From assembly GCA_000388065.2 (NCBI GenBank), contig KB932201.1: 64,000 nucleotides of DNA; one strand, given 5' to 3'. The notes beneath the pieces are model-generated. The model made no database searches, was not told where the DNA came from, and was given only the letters and a program-made list of their open reading frames with translations. The DNA comes from Fonticula alba ATCC 38817. Lineage: Eukaryota; Protista; Nucleariida. A program made the position numbers and the translations under genes. This document shows positions 25,632 to 39,700 of this stretch, one piece after another. The first letter of the stretch is position 1. Every line of letters starts with the position of its first letter.

Positions 25632-28600
25632 CTATTCTGCAGTCCGAGCGCGCTTGGATCCCGTGCATGGGGACGGCGGGTCACGTGCATCGTCGCATGA
25701 TGTCCGGACCACGGTCCTCGAAGGGGCCCGGGCCGCCCCCCGGCGTGTCCAGTGAACGCACTGCTCGGCCGTGAGGGACTCCAGGCTGGGCAGGGAGAGG
25801 AACGAGCCGCTGCCAGAGCCCAGGAGATCTGGCGCCGAGGGCAAGGGCGCCAAGGGGCTGCCAGGTGCCAGCCCCGGCGGAAGGCCATCTTCCGCCAGCG
25901 ACGCCGGGCTGTCTTGGAGATCGGGCTGTGTGCTTGCACCACAGCCTGGAGGGCTGGCTGTGGGACTGAAGGGGGGCAGGTCCAGCGGAATGGGAAGCAC
26001 CGGCAGGCAGGGGCCCTGGGCGAGGGTGGCGCCGGTGGGCGGCGCCGAAACCACCCGGCAGCCAGGGCTGTGGGACACATGTTGCAGGACCATCTCCATC
26101 AGACGGCTGTGGGCCAAAGTCCGGCCGCTGCCCACGAGCACGAGCTTGCGTTTGGCGCGGGTGATGGCCACATTCACTCGACGCCACTCCTTCAGGAGAT
26201 CGCCGAACTGGCATCGGTCGCAATGGACGCCGCCGGGGGCGTGGGGCCAAGACGGCCGGGAGGGGGGAGGGGGGGGGGGATGGGGGACCAGGAGCAGAGA
26301 GGGGAAGACGAGCGGAGATGCGGGTGGAAAGGGGGGTATGTCAGTGGAAAAAGGCACGGAAAGAAGAAGAGGAAGAAGGGCCGGAAAAAAGACGCACGGC
26401 GCCGGTGCTGTTCGACCGGGTGAAAGACACCACAACCACCTCCTTCTCGCGGCCCTGGTACTTGTCGACCGTGTTCACCTCGACAAGGGACAGCATGTCG
26501 GAGAAGCTGGCCTTCTTCTTGGTCGGGGGGCCACCGTCCACCAGGCAGGCCATTCCCGCAGCGGGCCCCGACGCGGCGCCCGCTTGCGACTGTGTTTGCG
26601 AGAGGATGGCCAGCTGGGTGCCATGGACGCCGGTAGCCGAGAGGGGAGCCGCCGAGGCAGACAGGCCACCCCCGACGGCCGGACGCATGCCTGCGCCAGC
26701 TGCCAGCGGCTGGCTGGAAAAGGTGGTCCCGGTATCGGGGTCCGTGTAGTCGGCCGAGTGCATGACCGTCTGAATGATCGACAGCTGGGCGCGGTAGGTG
26801 GCAATCACGCCGATGGAATTGGGGTCTAGCCCGGCACGCAGCAGGGCCAGGGCCACCTGGCAAAAAGCCACACAGGCAGAGCATGGCGCAAGCCCACGCG
26901 GTTAGTGTGAAAAGGAGCGCACGCAGGAAAGTCCACCACACGGACGGAGCCCATGCAAACGAACCTCACGGACCAGGAGAGCCTCCCCGAGGTTGGTGGT
27001 CAGACCGCCGGACCGGCCGGACGGGTGACCGGCGGAGGGGCAATCTGTCTGGCCATTGGCAGAACCATCTGCCGAGGGGAGGGAAGGAGGGGCACCATCA
27101 TCCGCCAGGGCCTTCAGCAAATCATCCACCACCGACATGGAGCTTGCCTGCGAGTGTTGCTCGAGCATGTTTTGATCCATCTCGGCCAGGCGATCCGTGT
27201 CCAGGAAGATCACCGAGTGGCTGAGCCCACGAGGGGCAGAGGGCCAACAGCATGGGAGTCAGACAGCACAAAGAGGGGGGAAGGAAGGGAAGGAGGGGGG
27301 ATCGGCACAAGGGCACGGGGGCCGAAAAAAAAACCGAGTGTCAGCGTACCCTGGCTCGAGGATGGCTGACAGCCAGCAGGCCTCGGGGCTCGAGCCGTCG
27401 CCGGCGCCGGCGCCGGGGCTCTCGGCGCAGCACCCGCAGCAGCCAACCAGACGGTTGAGTAGATCTGGGCCAAGCATGCTGCATAGGTCGGCGCCCTTGG
27501 CTTCGAGCCCCGGGGGCAACACCGCGCCCAAGGCGCTGAAAGGTTGCCCAGGAGTCGGGGTGGGAATGGCCCGAGCGTGGCGGCCCTCGGAGCCCGCCAG
27601 CAACTGCGAGGGATCCAAGTCACCGGGGAGCCGAGTAAAGTCCCCGGGCCAGCGGAGAGTCGTGGCCTCGACGCGGGCCGACCCGGCAAGCAGCCGGCCG
27701 CCATACACCAGTTGGTTGGACAGCTGGCGAATCGGGCCATTCATGCGGTATTGTCGACTGAGAGAGAGAATGGCACTGGGATGGGCCGATGCCAGTCGAC
27801 GGAAGAGACTCTGATCGAGACCATCCTCCTGGCCGGCGCCCGGGGCACCGCCGGCGGGCTGATTCTTGGCCAGGCTCGACTGGACGACTGGCGGAAGTTG
27901 ATAGAGGTCGCCGACCATGATGAAGCAGTCCGCTCGGTGCGCCGCCATCAGAGCCTGCGGCAGCTGCGCCTGCGATGCCTCGTCGATGATGCACAAGTCA
28001 AAGCGACCAACCTCATCCATGTGTTGACTGGACCCGGGTGTCAGTTATCCATGGGGCTGGAGCAGGGGATAGACACACATGGACACACGCGCAGACACGC
28101 AGACACACAGATATACAGACACACAGATGTGCAGACACACATTGACAGACACACAGACACACAGATATGCAGACACACATTGACAGACACGCAGACACAC
28201 AGATATGCAGACACGCATTGACAGACACACAGACACACAGATATACAGACACACAGACATACAGATATGCGAAAAGTGGAAAGAGGGCAGGACAACATAC
28301 TTTTTGCAGCTCAAGCACGTGGAGCCAACAACCCGAACCGATGCCAGGAATGCCTGGTATTCGGCCAGCGAGCCGAAGTTCTTCGCCTGGATGGTGTGCT
28401 GCAGCACCACCGGATCCACAGGTGACTGGTCCTCGATGTGGGGGGAGGCTGGGGCATCGCCGGAGCCCATGGTGCCGGAGGCATTGCTGGCGTGCATGCC
28501 AGTGGAGGTGAAGTCGGAGATGATGCGCATGATAGGGCAGGAGGGCTCCAAGTCCAGGAGCTTACGCAGGATGTTGTCAACGGCCGAGTGCGTGTGCGAG

Positions 28601-30177
28601 GCGACCAGAACTCGCGCATTCGGGAAGCGCCGCAGGTACAGGAGAATCAGCCAGCAGATGGTTGTCGTCTTGCCGGCGCCAGGCATGCCCAGCACGAGCA
28701 TGTAGTCTTGGACTGCAAGCGAAGGAAGTCCAAGGGACAGGCGTCGGGTGAGGAAAGATACGCCGCATGATGCAGGGGCAGCGGCAGCGGGGGGGGGGGG
28801 ATGCGAGGAAAAGCGGGCTTTCTTGTGTTCGGAGGAACGCACCGGCCAGGGCCTTGCGGAGCATCAGCTGTTGGTCGTCATTCACCAGCGCCGGGTCCTC
28901 GGCTTGGGGAAGATACTCGGCAATCTCGGTCAATGTGGGCACGGCCGAGAAGCGCGGGGCTGCGCGCGGGAAGATCCCCAGCAAAGGGGGCACCCACACC
29001 AAGGGCGTCCGGGCGCCAGATGGCGCATCCGCGGATGGCCAGGCAGCCAAGTGGCAGAGAGCGTCAGGCAGGGAGATCGGGGGAAAGCCCCCTCCAAGAG
29101 GCAGAGTCAAAAACAGGGGGGCCCCCGGCAAGAAGTAAAGCGGACCTTCCAAGTCGACCACCAGCTCGCGAAGGCGTTGAGCTCCGGAGAAGCCGAACAG
29201 ATCGAGCAGAGCCTGGCGCTGGGCGGTTTGACGGAAACTGGAGCTACTCCAGGCCTCCAGGCTACGATCCGCAGAGGGACGGCATGATGTGAGGGGCGGG
29301 CGGAAAGGAGAGAAAGGGCCAAAAGGCGCGGACATGTGAACGAGTGCGCGAGCAGGGGGGGCAACGCGCACATGTGCGCAAGGGCATGGATGCCGGGCAA
29401 AAGTGGACCAGAGGAACATACCGATACAACAGCGGCCGCTCGCGAAGGGTCGGTCCTCCGGGGGAAACCGGCTCGCAGATGTCCTCCAGGTCCGGTAGAT
29501 CTTCGGTCCCGGCAAAGCGCCGGCCCGAGGAACTCGACCCAGCCAGCAGCAGCGGCGGCGGCCGGAAGATGTGCTTGGTGGAGAGGTTGATTTCCAAGAC
29601 CGGGCGGAAGCCAAGCACTTGGCTCAGCCACTCGGCCAGAAGAAGCTCCCCCGCAAGGCCGGCCCCGGCCGGGCCATTTGGCACACCGGCCACCCGGGTG
29701 AAGGCCATGTCATTGGTGTCGGCAAGGCGCCGGCCCCGGTCAAGCCACGCACCCTCCAGATACATTGTGGCGAGGCCGATCGAGTCGCCGGCGCTCAAGG
29801 TGTAGCCCTTCCCCATGTACATGCGCTTGAAGATGTTGGACAGCCAGCTGGCGGTGGAGGAGGACAGAAAGATGGCCCGCGCCCGGCGCCGCAGCCGCCG
29901 GAGGGTCCCCCGCTCGTCCGGCCCGAGGGGCACCAAGTCCAGCGGCAGGCCGGAGGGGGCTCGCCCGCGGCGGACTCCCGGCCCGGCTCGGCCTCGGACG
30001 GCCATCGTTTGGAAGAACCCCAGGAAGTCGGGCCCGAGCTCGGCCGCCAGCCCGGCCACCAGCACTCGCGTCAACAGCGCCGCGCTGGCTGGCCACCGGG
30101 CGAGGGAGGCATTGGGGCCGGTGTCGGGCCTCGCCATGGGGCCTGGCCCGGAGGCCGAGACGGCGGCCGGGGTCGAT

Positions 30178-30215
<38 letters not shown>

Positions 30216-33200
30216 AAAGCCAGCCGGACAGTGAAGCCGGAAGCGGTAAAGCAGATCGCGCGGCGTCCTCCCGGAGTTGAGCGGCAATGTGGGATCCGAA
30301 TAGCGATGGAACTTCGGGGAACGCCCCGGGCCGGAGCCCATGCCCGGCGTGACCAGGCTGCCGAATTCCAAACCATCCAGCGAAAAGCCGAGCGCCGCGC
30401 GCCGATGTGCGGGAGTTTGCCAGAAGGAATCCTCCTCGGAGGCCGTGGCCTGGTCCCGGAGGGACTCCTCCACATCGACCAACTGCAGCCAGTGCCGAAG
30501 GAAGCGCCCATGCTCCTCGGTCACGGCGCTCGTCTCGGCCAGATAGTGCAACCCGACGAAGCGACTGTGGCTGCTCGGCACCGGCCGGGGGATTTGCCCC
30601 GGTCGAAGCGGAGCCTCCGGCTCGGGGAAGATGCCGAGGCCGCCGGAAGCCGGGGCGCTCGTGATGGCGGCATCGCGCGACAGGACCGCCGCTTGGATCC
30701 CATCCGTGGCAAGGTGCCGCCGACGCATGGCCTGCAGGAGAGCCTCATGCACCGGGCCCACGAGAAGCGACTCCGGCAAGGTGGCTCCAGGCGGCGCGCC
30801 TCCGGCAGATGTCTGCGTCCCGGTAAGGGACAGCGTTTGCGAGGTGCTTGTCCCGGCCAGCCGGTGCGCTGCCCGATTGTGATCGGGCACCAGTGTCCCG
30901 AGGAAGGCGCGTGCCGAGGGCACCTTCGGTGTGGGGGACCTGCCGGGGGTTTGGCCTGCGGAGTCGCCGGGACGTCCGTCGGCCAGGGACACCGCGGGGG
31001 TGCTCTTTTCCCGGAGCTCCTCATCCATTTCCACGAGGGCCGTGGTGATGGCCATCTGGTCGAAGGGGGCCCCGCCCTCGAGCATGCGCCCGGCCAGCAG
31101 GCACGCTTGCCGCAGGTCGCACCTCTCGCAAGTCCGGTGGAAGGAGGCCGACAGCGGCTCCGGAAAGCGAGGCCGGGAATCCTGCAAGAAGGAGACAAGC
31201 TCATTCCGCCTGATGAGCAGCTCCTTGATGGCCTCCCAGGTGGCCGTGAAAGGATGGTAGATGGACTCACTGTGAGGGGGCTGGGAGCTCTGGTCACCTG
31301 TCGAGGAGGCCTCCCCGGAGGGGATGCCACCCCAGGATCGATGGTGCACCACCTGCACATACAGCAGGCCCGAGACAACCGGCTGGTCATACCGCTCGGA
31401 TGCCAGTAGCGAATAGATGGCCAGCTGCGATTCGAAGTCGTTCAGGAAGTACTGCATGGAGGACATGGTCCCGCGAGTCTTCACCTCCAGCGGGGCCACT
31501 TGCACTCCGCCCCCATCAACCTGATACTCCACCATGGCATCGACGAATCCGCTCAAGCCGAGCAATGGGGACACCAGGCTTTCCTCGATGTTCAGCAGCC
31601 GGAGGATCAGGTTCTCAGACAGGGCCATGGAGTTGGCCTTGGCCTTGGCCTTGGCCGGGAACTTCTCATCCACAACCGGTCCAGCCAGGGCGCAATGCTT
31701 GTCCATCCATTGCCGAACGCCGAGTAGATATTGTCGCAGGAGGTTGGCCGCCACGTCGAGCGTGTAGCCGAGCGAGAAAATCTTGATGCGGTTGTCTTCG
31801 ATGATGTCTTTGATGAGCTGCTCCTCGAACGGAGCATCCCGCCTGCCGGACATCAAGATTTGCTGCACCATCAAATGAACCTGCGCAGTGCCCCCGCGGT
31901 GGGGAGGTGCGGAACAACATCCGGCACAGGTGGGGGAGAGAGAGAGAGAGAGTGCATAGTGGGCACGGGGGATTAGAAAGGCAGTAGGGAGACGCGGGTA
32001 GGGGGAGTGGCCGTCGGCGAGGAAGAGGGGAAAGGGGGCGACGAAGCGACAGAGAGAGGGAGAGAGAGAGAGAGAGAAAGAAAGAAAGAAGGAGGGAGGA
32101 AAGCGCTGAAGAACAGCCCGCGCCGCATACCATCGACCCTCGGAGGGAATCGGTACTTCCCGTGAATTTCGAGCCGAAATACTTCTTGAGCACCGTCTGG
32201 CGGCTGCAGTGTGCGCGTGCGAGATCTCCGCTGGGGAACAGGAAGTCGGGATTGACAATGAGAAGGCCGCCCTCATTGTCGACAACCAGCGGCAATGCCA
32301 AGGCCTCGCCCATGACATCGGAGGCCTGGCCGAGGAGCGCGCTCTCGAAGAGGTGATATGCTCGGGCCACCGACCGCGTGGGGAGGCTATCCTGGCTGAA
32401 GAACTGCCGCGGAATGATTTGCACCGAGAGCCCAACCTCCAGAGGCAGGGAGGCCCAGTCATCGCGAAGAAGCACCTCCAGATCCCGCTGGACCCCGGGG
32501 TGATAGACGGAAACAGCCTAGCCGGTGGGCGCGATGTGTTCGTATGTCCGGGCGGGCGGGCGGGCGGGCGGGCGTGCACATGTGTGCGTATGTGTGTGTG
32601 CACCCACGTTGGGGCGTGTGGCGGTGTGTGAGTGTGCGCAGTCTCCCCCACTGAAGGATGAGGGGCCGGAAGGGACGGATGGCAAACGGAGCACAGGACA
32701 AATGCAAGGGCGGGAAGAGGGAGCCATGCGCACCCGCTGCTTGGTGGACCAATCACCGGAGTACCTCGGATCGAGGATGTCAGTCACTGGCGACACATCT
32801 GTGATGGTCAGGCGCATGAATGAAGGCCCGGAGCTCAGGAGATTCCGGGCATTGCCCTCCCGCGAGTAGGGCGCCCGATCCTGGCCCTCATCGTGCGGAG
32901 CAAAGGTCACTGCCTCAGGACCACTGGCCGGGGCATTTGGAACGGGCCAAGTGCCAGACATCGCCTCGTCGACCGGGGCGCCCTGTGCTGAATCATCGGT
33001 CGACATGGGATTTGGCGCCATCTTGACGGGCGCGGCGTCACCTGGAGCCGGATCGCCGGCCAGAGGGTCGACCGGGGTCGAGCAGGCCGGCGGGGTGTCG
33101 GCCGGGGTCGAGTTGGCAAGCGGAGTGTCGAGCAAGTCCATGCCATACTCCATGGAGTCTAGATCCGAGAGATTTTCAAAATCCGACAGAGACACGAGCC

Positions 33201-33327
33201 CCGATACGCCGGGGTCCGAGAGGCTTCGCACGAGGTCTGTCTTTGCCAGGAGCGCCGGTGGGACTGGTGCGTAAGTGCCCGCCCCAGATCTCTCTTCGGG
33301 CATGCCCTGCTGAATGTACTCACCCAT
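25632..33327 (-). CDS. DNA2: DNA2 nuclease/helicase, ~2079 aa. Exons 33327-32734, 32517-32131, 31880-29422, 29261-28843, 28712-28301, 28027-27350, 27220-26965, 26856-26398, 26207-25632
   Basis: [21 protein letters not shown], nuclease GFVD...PLEVKT and QLAIY, Fe-[11 protein letters not shown] (CX2CX5C), Walker [64 protein letters not shown]. The exon sum is divisible by 3. Confidence 0.95.
28110..28270. repeat. Intronic minisatellite (~38-bp unit ACAGATATGCAGACACACATTGACAGACACACAGACAC, ~3-4 degenerate copies)
   Basis: Direct inspection of the DNA2 intron 28300-28028. Confidence 0.75.
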
Positions 33328-34004
33328 GGCGGTGCGGAGCCCAAGAGAGAGAGAGAGAGAGGAGGAGAGTTGGGAGGGCGTCCCGCAAAAGAGGCAAAGG
33401 GGAGGAGGGGAGGGAAGGGCGAATGAAAGGCGCGATGAGCTGAACAGCCGGGCAATGGGCGGGCGCGTGTGCCTCAAGAGAAAGAGCAACCCACGGCGCG
33501 AGGGTGTCAAGCGAAGCGAGGGCACACAATTGAAAGAGCATGGTCCATGCGCTGGCGCCCAGAGGGGGGGGGGGGGGGGGCGCCTGTGCCTTTGTTCAAC
33601 CCCACAGGGCAGCGGAGCCGCCTGCTTGTCGCCCGTTGTCCCTTGCCATGGAATTGGCGGATGCCGCGGCGTCCCACAAGGAAGACTCGCCGAGATCGGA
33701 CCAAGATCGGAGCACGATTGCTTAGGGCGTGTTCGTTGGCACTCCGCCGCGCGGGTGGCGCGCCGGGTCCCATGTCTATTCTCTCTCAAGTACAATGGGT
33801 GTGGAGCGCACGCGGAGCGGCTCCTGTTGGTGTTGGAGTTGTTGGGGGGGGGGATGGGGGGCTTCTTTTTTTTTTTTCGGGCGCCCGAGAGATCGACGCA
33901 AGCAGGAGAGGCGATCTCAATGGCCAGCGACCGGCAAGGGGGGGAGGGGGGGGGGGGCACACGCACGCACGCACGCACGTATGCACCCAATCGGCTGGCC
34001 GCGT

Positions 34005-34453
34005 TCAATTCAATGTCCCCCGGCAATTGGGCGAGCCGCAGAGACAGGGAACCCGCTCCTCGAGCTCGTCCTCCAGGGGGAACTGATAGTCGAAGGTGAT
34101 TTCCTGGCCCACAGCGATGGCGCGCTTGGCATGGAAGAAAATGCGCTCTGTGGCTCCGGGGCGCCCTCCCAACTGGACCATCTCCCCGAAAGAGCGCACC
34201 ACACCCGGGCTGTCGATGGAGAAGCCGGGGGTCGACGATTGGCTGGGGTGGCCGCCAGCGTCATCGGAATTACCGCCAGCCCCGCCGGCGGCGTGGCCCT
34301 GGGCATCAGCATAGCTCCCAACAAAAGGAGCCGCCGAGGTGGACGTGTCGAAGTGGACCTTGGCGAAGGCGTTGGGCTAGAAGGAGGGGGGCCCCACGTC
34401 GATGAACAAACAAAAAGGACATCAATGTCGCCACAAGAATGAGGGACATGGGG

Positions 34454-34487
<34 letters not shown>

Positions 34488-36693
34488 GAGGAGGAGGAAG
34501 AGGGAGGGACAGAGAAAAGAAGGGAGTGACCATGGCCAGGGGGTCAGATGCGCGAGATCAAACAAAACGCAACGGCGGGAAGGCAGCGAACGCACATCGC
34601 ACGAGTGGTTCAAAAATCGGGCCATGCCGCCGGACAAAGTGGCATCAATGATTCGATCATCGCCGGCCCGGAAGAGATACGAACTGCCGATGCCACGAGC
34701 AGTATAGGCCTTCTCGCGGCGCTCGGACACCTACCCCCGGGGTGTGGCAGGAAAAGGAAGGGAAGACATGGCCGCGGCTCGGCGTCAGGGATCGGCCTCT
34801 CGAGTAGCACAGAGACAGGGTGATGATCGGGAGGCAAGGGGGCAAAAAAAAAGGAAAAGGAAAGGGGACAAAATGGACAGACTTGGCCGATGCGCACCTT
34901 GGTTCCAATCAACTCACCGATGTACTCGAAGATCACACCGCCGGGCTCGATGTTCTCACACGCGAATACACCCCAGTCGTGGATGCGACTCCGAGCGAAG
35001 GCCACCCGGGGGAAACGCCGACGAGAGGGGTCCAGCGGATTGGCCAGCGGGACCGGCGCCAAACTGCCCAATGCCGGACCACCAGGGAGACTTCCGGCTG
35101 AAAGGGACCCGAGGCCACAGGCGACGAGCGTGCTATTGGATGCCGTGGATGCCAGCAGGCCAGGCGCCGACTGCAGATCCACCGGATCAGCGTAGCAAGC
35201 CTCCAGCGAGGCAAAGTACGCCGCGGCCAGGTGGGTCAGGGCACGCACACTGGTCGGCGGGGGGACCTCCTGCCCGGAGGCAGCCGAAGACCAGGGATCC
35301 GTGAAGCCGATGGCCAGCGCCAACGGCAGGCTCCCCTGGTACCCGACGCTCTGGACCGCTCGGCTGGCGGGCGTCAGCTGCGGCTCGGTGGGCGACCCGG
35401 TATTCAGCAGACCAGGGCTACTGAGCTCCGCGTACAGCTGAGCTGTCCCGGACAATGGCTGGCCCGGGCCCGAAGGCGAGGTCGTGCGCGACTCGACAAA
35501 GGTGACGTCACTCGGCGATTCGCAGGTGGCCGGGAGCCCAGGCAGGGGGGAGGCCGGGGCGGCGCCCGAGCGCGTGGGCGAGCCCCGGTGATTGCCATCC
35601 TGCAGGGAATTCGCACAGGACGCCTTGCGAGAAGGCGAGAACCGAGGATTGCCAACTGCCGGCAGCGAGGCCCCGGGGATCGGGGTACTTTGGGCATTTT
35701 TGCCGGCACGCTCCAAATTGCCGTCGCCGGTTGGGCCACTTGCCTGCCTGGTGGGCGTGGCAAAGGCCACATCATCGGGCTCATCGTCGGCCGCCGGCAC
35801 ATCCAACCCGAAGGAGCGCTGGCCCGCGGTCGGGTGGGGCGTACGACGAGCCAGAAAGGGATCCGCGCGAAGGAGCTCCAGCGCGATGGCCCCCTCTGGC
35901 CGGATAACCCCCTCCAGTCGGGGGAGGCGCATTGGGTCGAAGAGGCGCGAGGCATTTTCGCCGATGACATCGGCCGCCCCGACCGGCGATGGGATGGTGG
36001 CATACACCTCGGAAGAGGACTCCACCGAGGCAGTGACCAGGGACCTGGACCAGAGGCTGATTGGCCGGTTGGCATTGGCCAGCCACATGGGCGGGGGGTG
36101 GAGTGCGTGCGGGGATTGGCTCGGCACGGGCGGGAAGAACACCGACGGCGGGTTGAACCGATGCACCGCCCACGAGGTCCAGGACCAAACGCGCCGCAGG
36201 CGCACCTTGTCAATGACCGACACCGGCCGATAGGGCAAGCACCGAGCACATCCCGCGTCGTGGGCTGGGATTCGGTCAGTACACGGAGCGGGGCGTGCGA
36301 GAGGGGGTGTGGATGTCAGCACGCACGACGAGCAGGCATCTGCGAGGCCTCCAGAGCAGAGGAAGGCCTCCAAAAGGCCAGTGCTGCCGGGGTCAGGCGG
36401 TCTTTGGGAGCCAGCTCCGGGCCAATGAGACAGATCGGAAGAGCGTCGTGTTCTGCGAGGCCTCCAGAGCAGAGGAAGGCCTCCAAAAGGCCAGTGCTGC
36501 CGGGGTCAGGCGGTCTTTGGGAGCCAGCTCCGGGCCAATGAGACGCAGAAGCTCCTCCACAGCTTGGGCTGCCCCGGGGAATCGCTCCACCAGCAGCTGT
36601 GTTGATCCGTCGTCCTGAAAGGCGGAGGAAACGCCAACAGGTGTCGAATTGACACCCGCAATTTGGGGAAGTAGAGTCAGAGAAACGAGCATG

Positions 36694-36769
<76 letters not shown>

Positions 36770-39700
36770 AGAGGAAGAGGGAGAGGGAGAAGGAGGCAGG
36801 GAGACTACGCACACGGACATCCTTGCGGGGATTGAAACCACTCGTGGAGAGAAGCTGCGAGGGAACAGCCAATGTGTGGCCGTCTGTGGTGCTGAGACTG
36901 GTGATCGGACTGCCACCACAGCCGATCGCAGCACGAGGGAAGACAGATACATAGTGCGGGCCTCCATCGGCGGCATTGCCATGATCGCCAGAAGCCTGCG
37001 CCACGGTGCTCGAGGAAGAGGCCAAGGCCGAGGACGAGGAGGAGCCCGAAGTCGAGGAACAGGATGCCGCCATCGATGCCTGTGCAAAGACCCGCCGGAA
37101 GGAGGGGAGCGCTGCAGCATCAGCGGCTGCCGGCCAGCCAGATCCCGCCGCACCATGGACCAGAAGCGGGGTGGTGGAACGGAAAATTCCCTTGGGATCG
37201 GGATTCGGGGTGACGGTGATCTCGGCCCGAGTGCCCGGGTGAAAGTCAGACAGGTCTTCCACCTCAAGCTCGCCACCAGAAGGCATATCACAGATCGGGG
37301 CAGATGCCTCCGACGGGGGTGGCAGGGACATGGACCTCGCCGGCTTGACCAGCGCGCTAGCTGGCGGCCAGGTAGGGTCCAAGTCCGGTTGGGATGCAGG
37401 CGGTGAGCACCGGTCACCTTGGGGCCGGGGGGCGCCGTCGGACTCCGGGCGAGAAGATTGCCCTGGAGAGGGGACATCTCGCTGCTGGCCCCCGAAGGCC
37501 TGCAAGTCCTCATCCGTCGAGTCACCTGGCAAGTGTCGAGCTGAACGCTGGGACACGATGGATGCCCGGCGTCGGGGCGCAGTGCCAGAAGCAGAGGTCG
37601 AACGCGCCTTGCCACGCGAGCTCGCACGCCCGGGAGGGTTCACACCCGCATCTAGGGAGTCGGCGGAGCTGAGAGACGCCGGCCACGAGGAGGCAATCAG
37701 CGAGCTGGCTCGCTGGGCCGCCGCCCGACGGGAAGGCTGATTGACGAAGAGTGCTGCAACTGAAGCATCGTCCAATCCGAGACCAGCTAGGCTGGCCACG
37801 GTGCTGAAGCCCTTCTTTGAAGAAGAGGAAGCAGAGGAAGCAGAGGAGGAGGAAGAGGAGGAAGAGGAGGAAGAGGAAGACGAAGAGGAGGAGAAAGAAG
37901 AAGAGGAGGAGGAGGCAGTGGAGGTGGTGATGGAAGCAGGGGCTGAGGAAGGAGGGATTGAATCGCGGCGAGAATTCGCGGCGAGAGACGAGACCACACT
38001 CGTGCCTACAAGAGGGACATCGACAGGGTCATCCTCCGGCTTGAAGCGAGGAAGATCCTCATCTGTGGGAGCAGGAGGGGGAGGAGGGCGAGACTTCTTC
38101 GAGGCCGAGCTGAAGATCGAGTCCGGTGTATCGATGGCCGGGCGCTTTCGACCAGTCGGCCAGGGGGATTTGGCCCCTGGAGGCGGAGACACTGAAGGAG
38201 AGCGGCGCGAAATGACGGGCAAACAAGAGCGCGAGCGAGAGCGCGAGCGAGATCGCGAGCGAGAGCGCGAGCGAGAGCGCGAGGGGGAGCGCGAGGGGGA
38301 ACGCGAGGGGGAGCGCGAGGGGGAGCGCGAGGGGAAACGCGAGGGGGAGCGCGAGCTGATCGGTGATACTGACCGAAGCCGGCGGGCTTGCCCACCACCT
38401 CTTGTCGGGGTGTTTGAAGCTCGGCTCTGTTGGGATGATGGGGAACTGGCACGCCGGGGCGACCGGAACATTGTTCGCTGAGCTGGCCAAGGCTTGGATC
38501 GATGGGGCGAGCGGGACTCGGTGCGAGACAACGACCGGGATCCGATGTGAGAAGGTGACCGGGACCGAGCATCGAGTGGTGAGGGCGAACGGCCCCGCCG
38601 AGCTGAGCGAGACCGGGCCCCTGACACAGCTGGGGGCTGAACTGGCCAGGAACCAGCCGGCCGAACAATCGGACTTGGAGAGGGCGACCGCGAAGGCGAC
38701 CGCGAGAGTGACCGTGAGGGCGACCGCGCAAACATGCGCCTCTTGGGAGACTGCCGAGGCGAGCGTGAGCGCCGGGATACGGACCGAGATCGCGAGCGAC
38801 GATTGGACAGCCGGCCAGGAACAGTGAGGCGACGACCTGTGCGCAAGGAGGGGGACCAGTCTCGGGAGCGTGAACTCGACTGCAGCTCTGACCGTGACCG
38901 TGACCGTGACCGTGACCGTGACCGTGACCGTGACCGTGACCGTGACCGTGACCGTGACCGAAAACGAGGTCGAGATCGAGATCGAGGCCGATGCTGAGAT
39001 CGAGGCCGAGACCGAGACCGAGACCGAGACCGAGGCCGAGATCGAGATCGAGATCGAGATCCTGGGCGGTATCCCGGGCGAATCGAACGTCGGCGGGGCG
39101 TCGTAGATGCGAGTGCCTGCCGGGAGCCGCGCCGATCAGCCGGTGACAGCGACCGCGACCGCGACCGCGACCACGACCGCGAACGAGATCGCGACCACGA
39201 CCGCGAACGAGATCGTGACCACGACCGCGAACGAGATCGCGACCATGACCGTGAGCGAGATCGCGACCATGACCGTGAGCGAGATCGCGACCGCGACCAT
39301 GACCGCGAGCGAGATCGCCGGCTGATGGGTACCCGCCGGGGAAGGGGGGAGCCTGAGCGTGCGATACTGGCTGACCGACGCCAGTGGCGATCGATGCGCG
39401 ACTGGCGTTCAGAAACTCGGCCGCGGTGGCTCGACTCCCAAGATAGCGATTTGCGTCGGGCTGCCGAGGGCGGAGGGGACGAAGTCCTCCCAGGAAGCTG
39501 GGACAGGGAAGATCTCGGGGTCGCATCCCGGGCAATCGAGCTTGACAGCGATATCACAGACCCGGACGGGGCTTTGGCCGGTGGAACTGATGGTGTCGAT
39601 GGGGCCGGTGGCGCCGGTGTTGAGATGGCTGGTGGCGCAAGGGTGAAGTTTCGGAGGAACTTCGATGCCAACGGCGGGACAAGGCGCCGGGTGACATTGG

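Noticed and set aside
38228-39325. Short regular direct repeats resembling a CRISPR array (also 8872-9552 and 19070-20346)
   Set aside because: In-frame coding repeats without unique spacers or cas genes, in a eukaryotic context.
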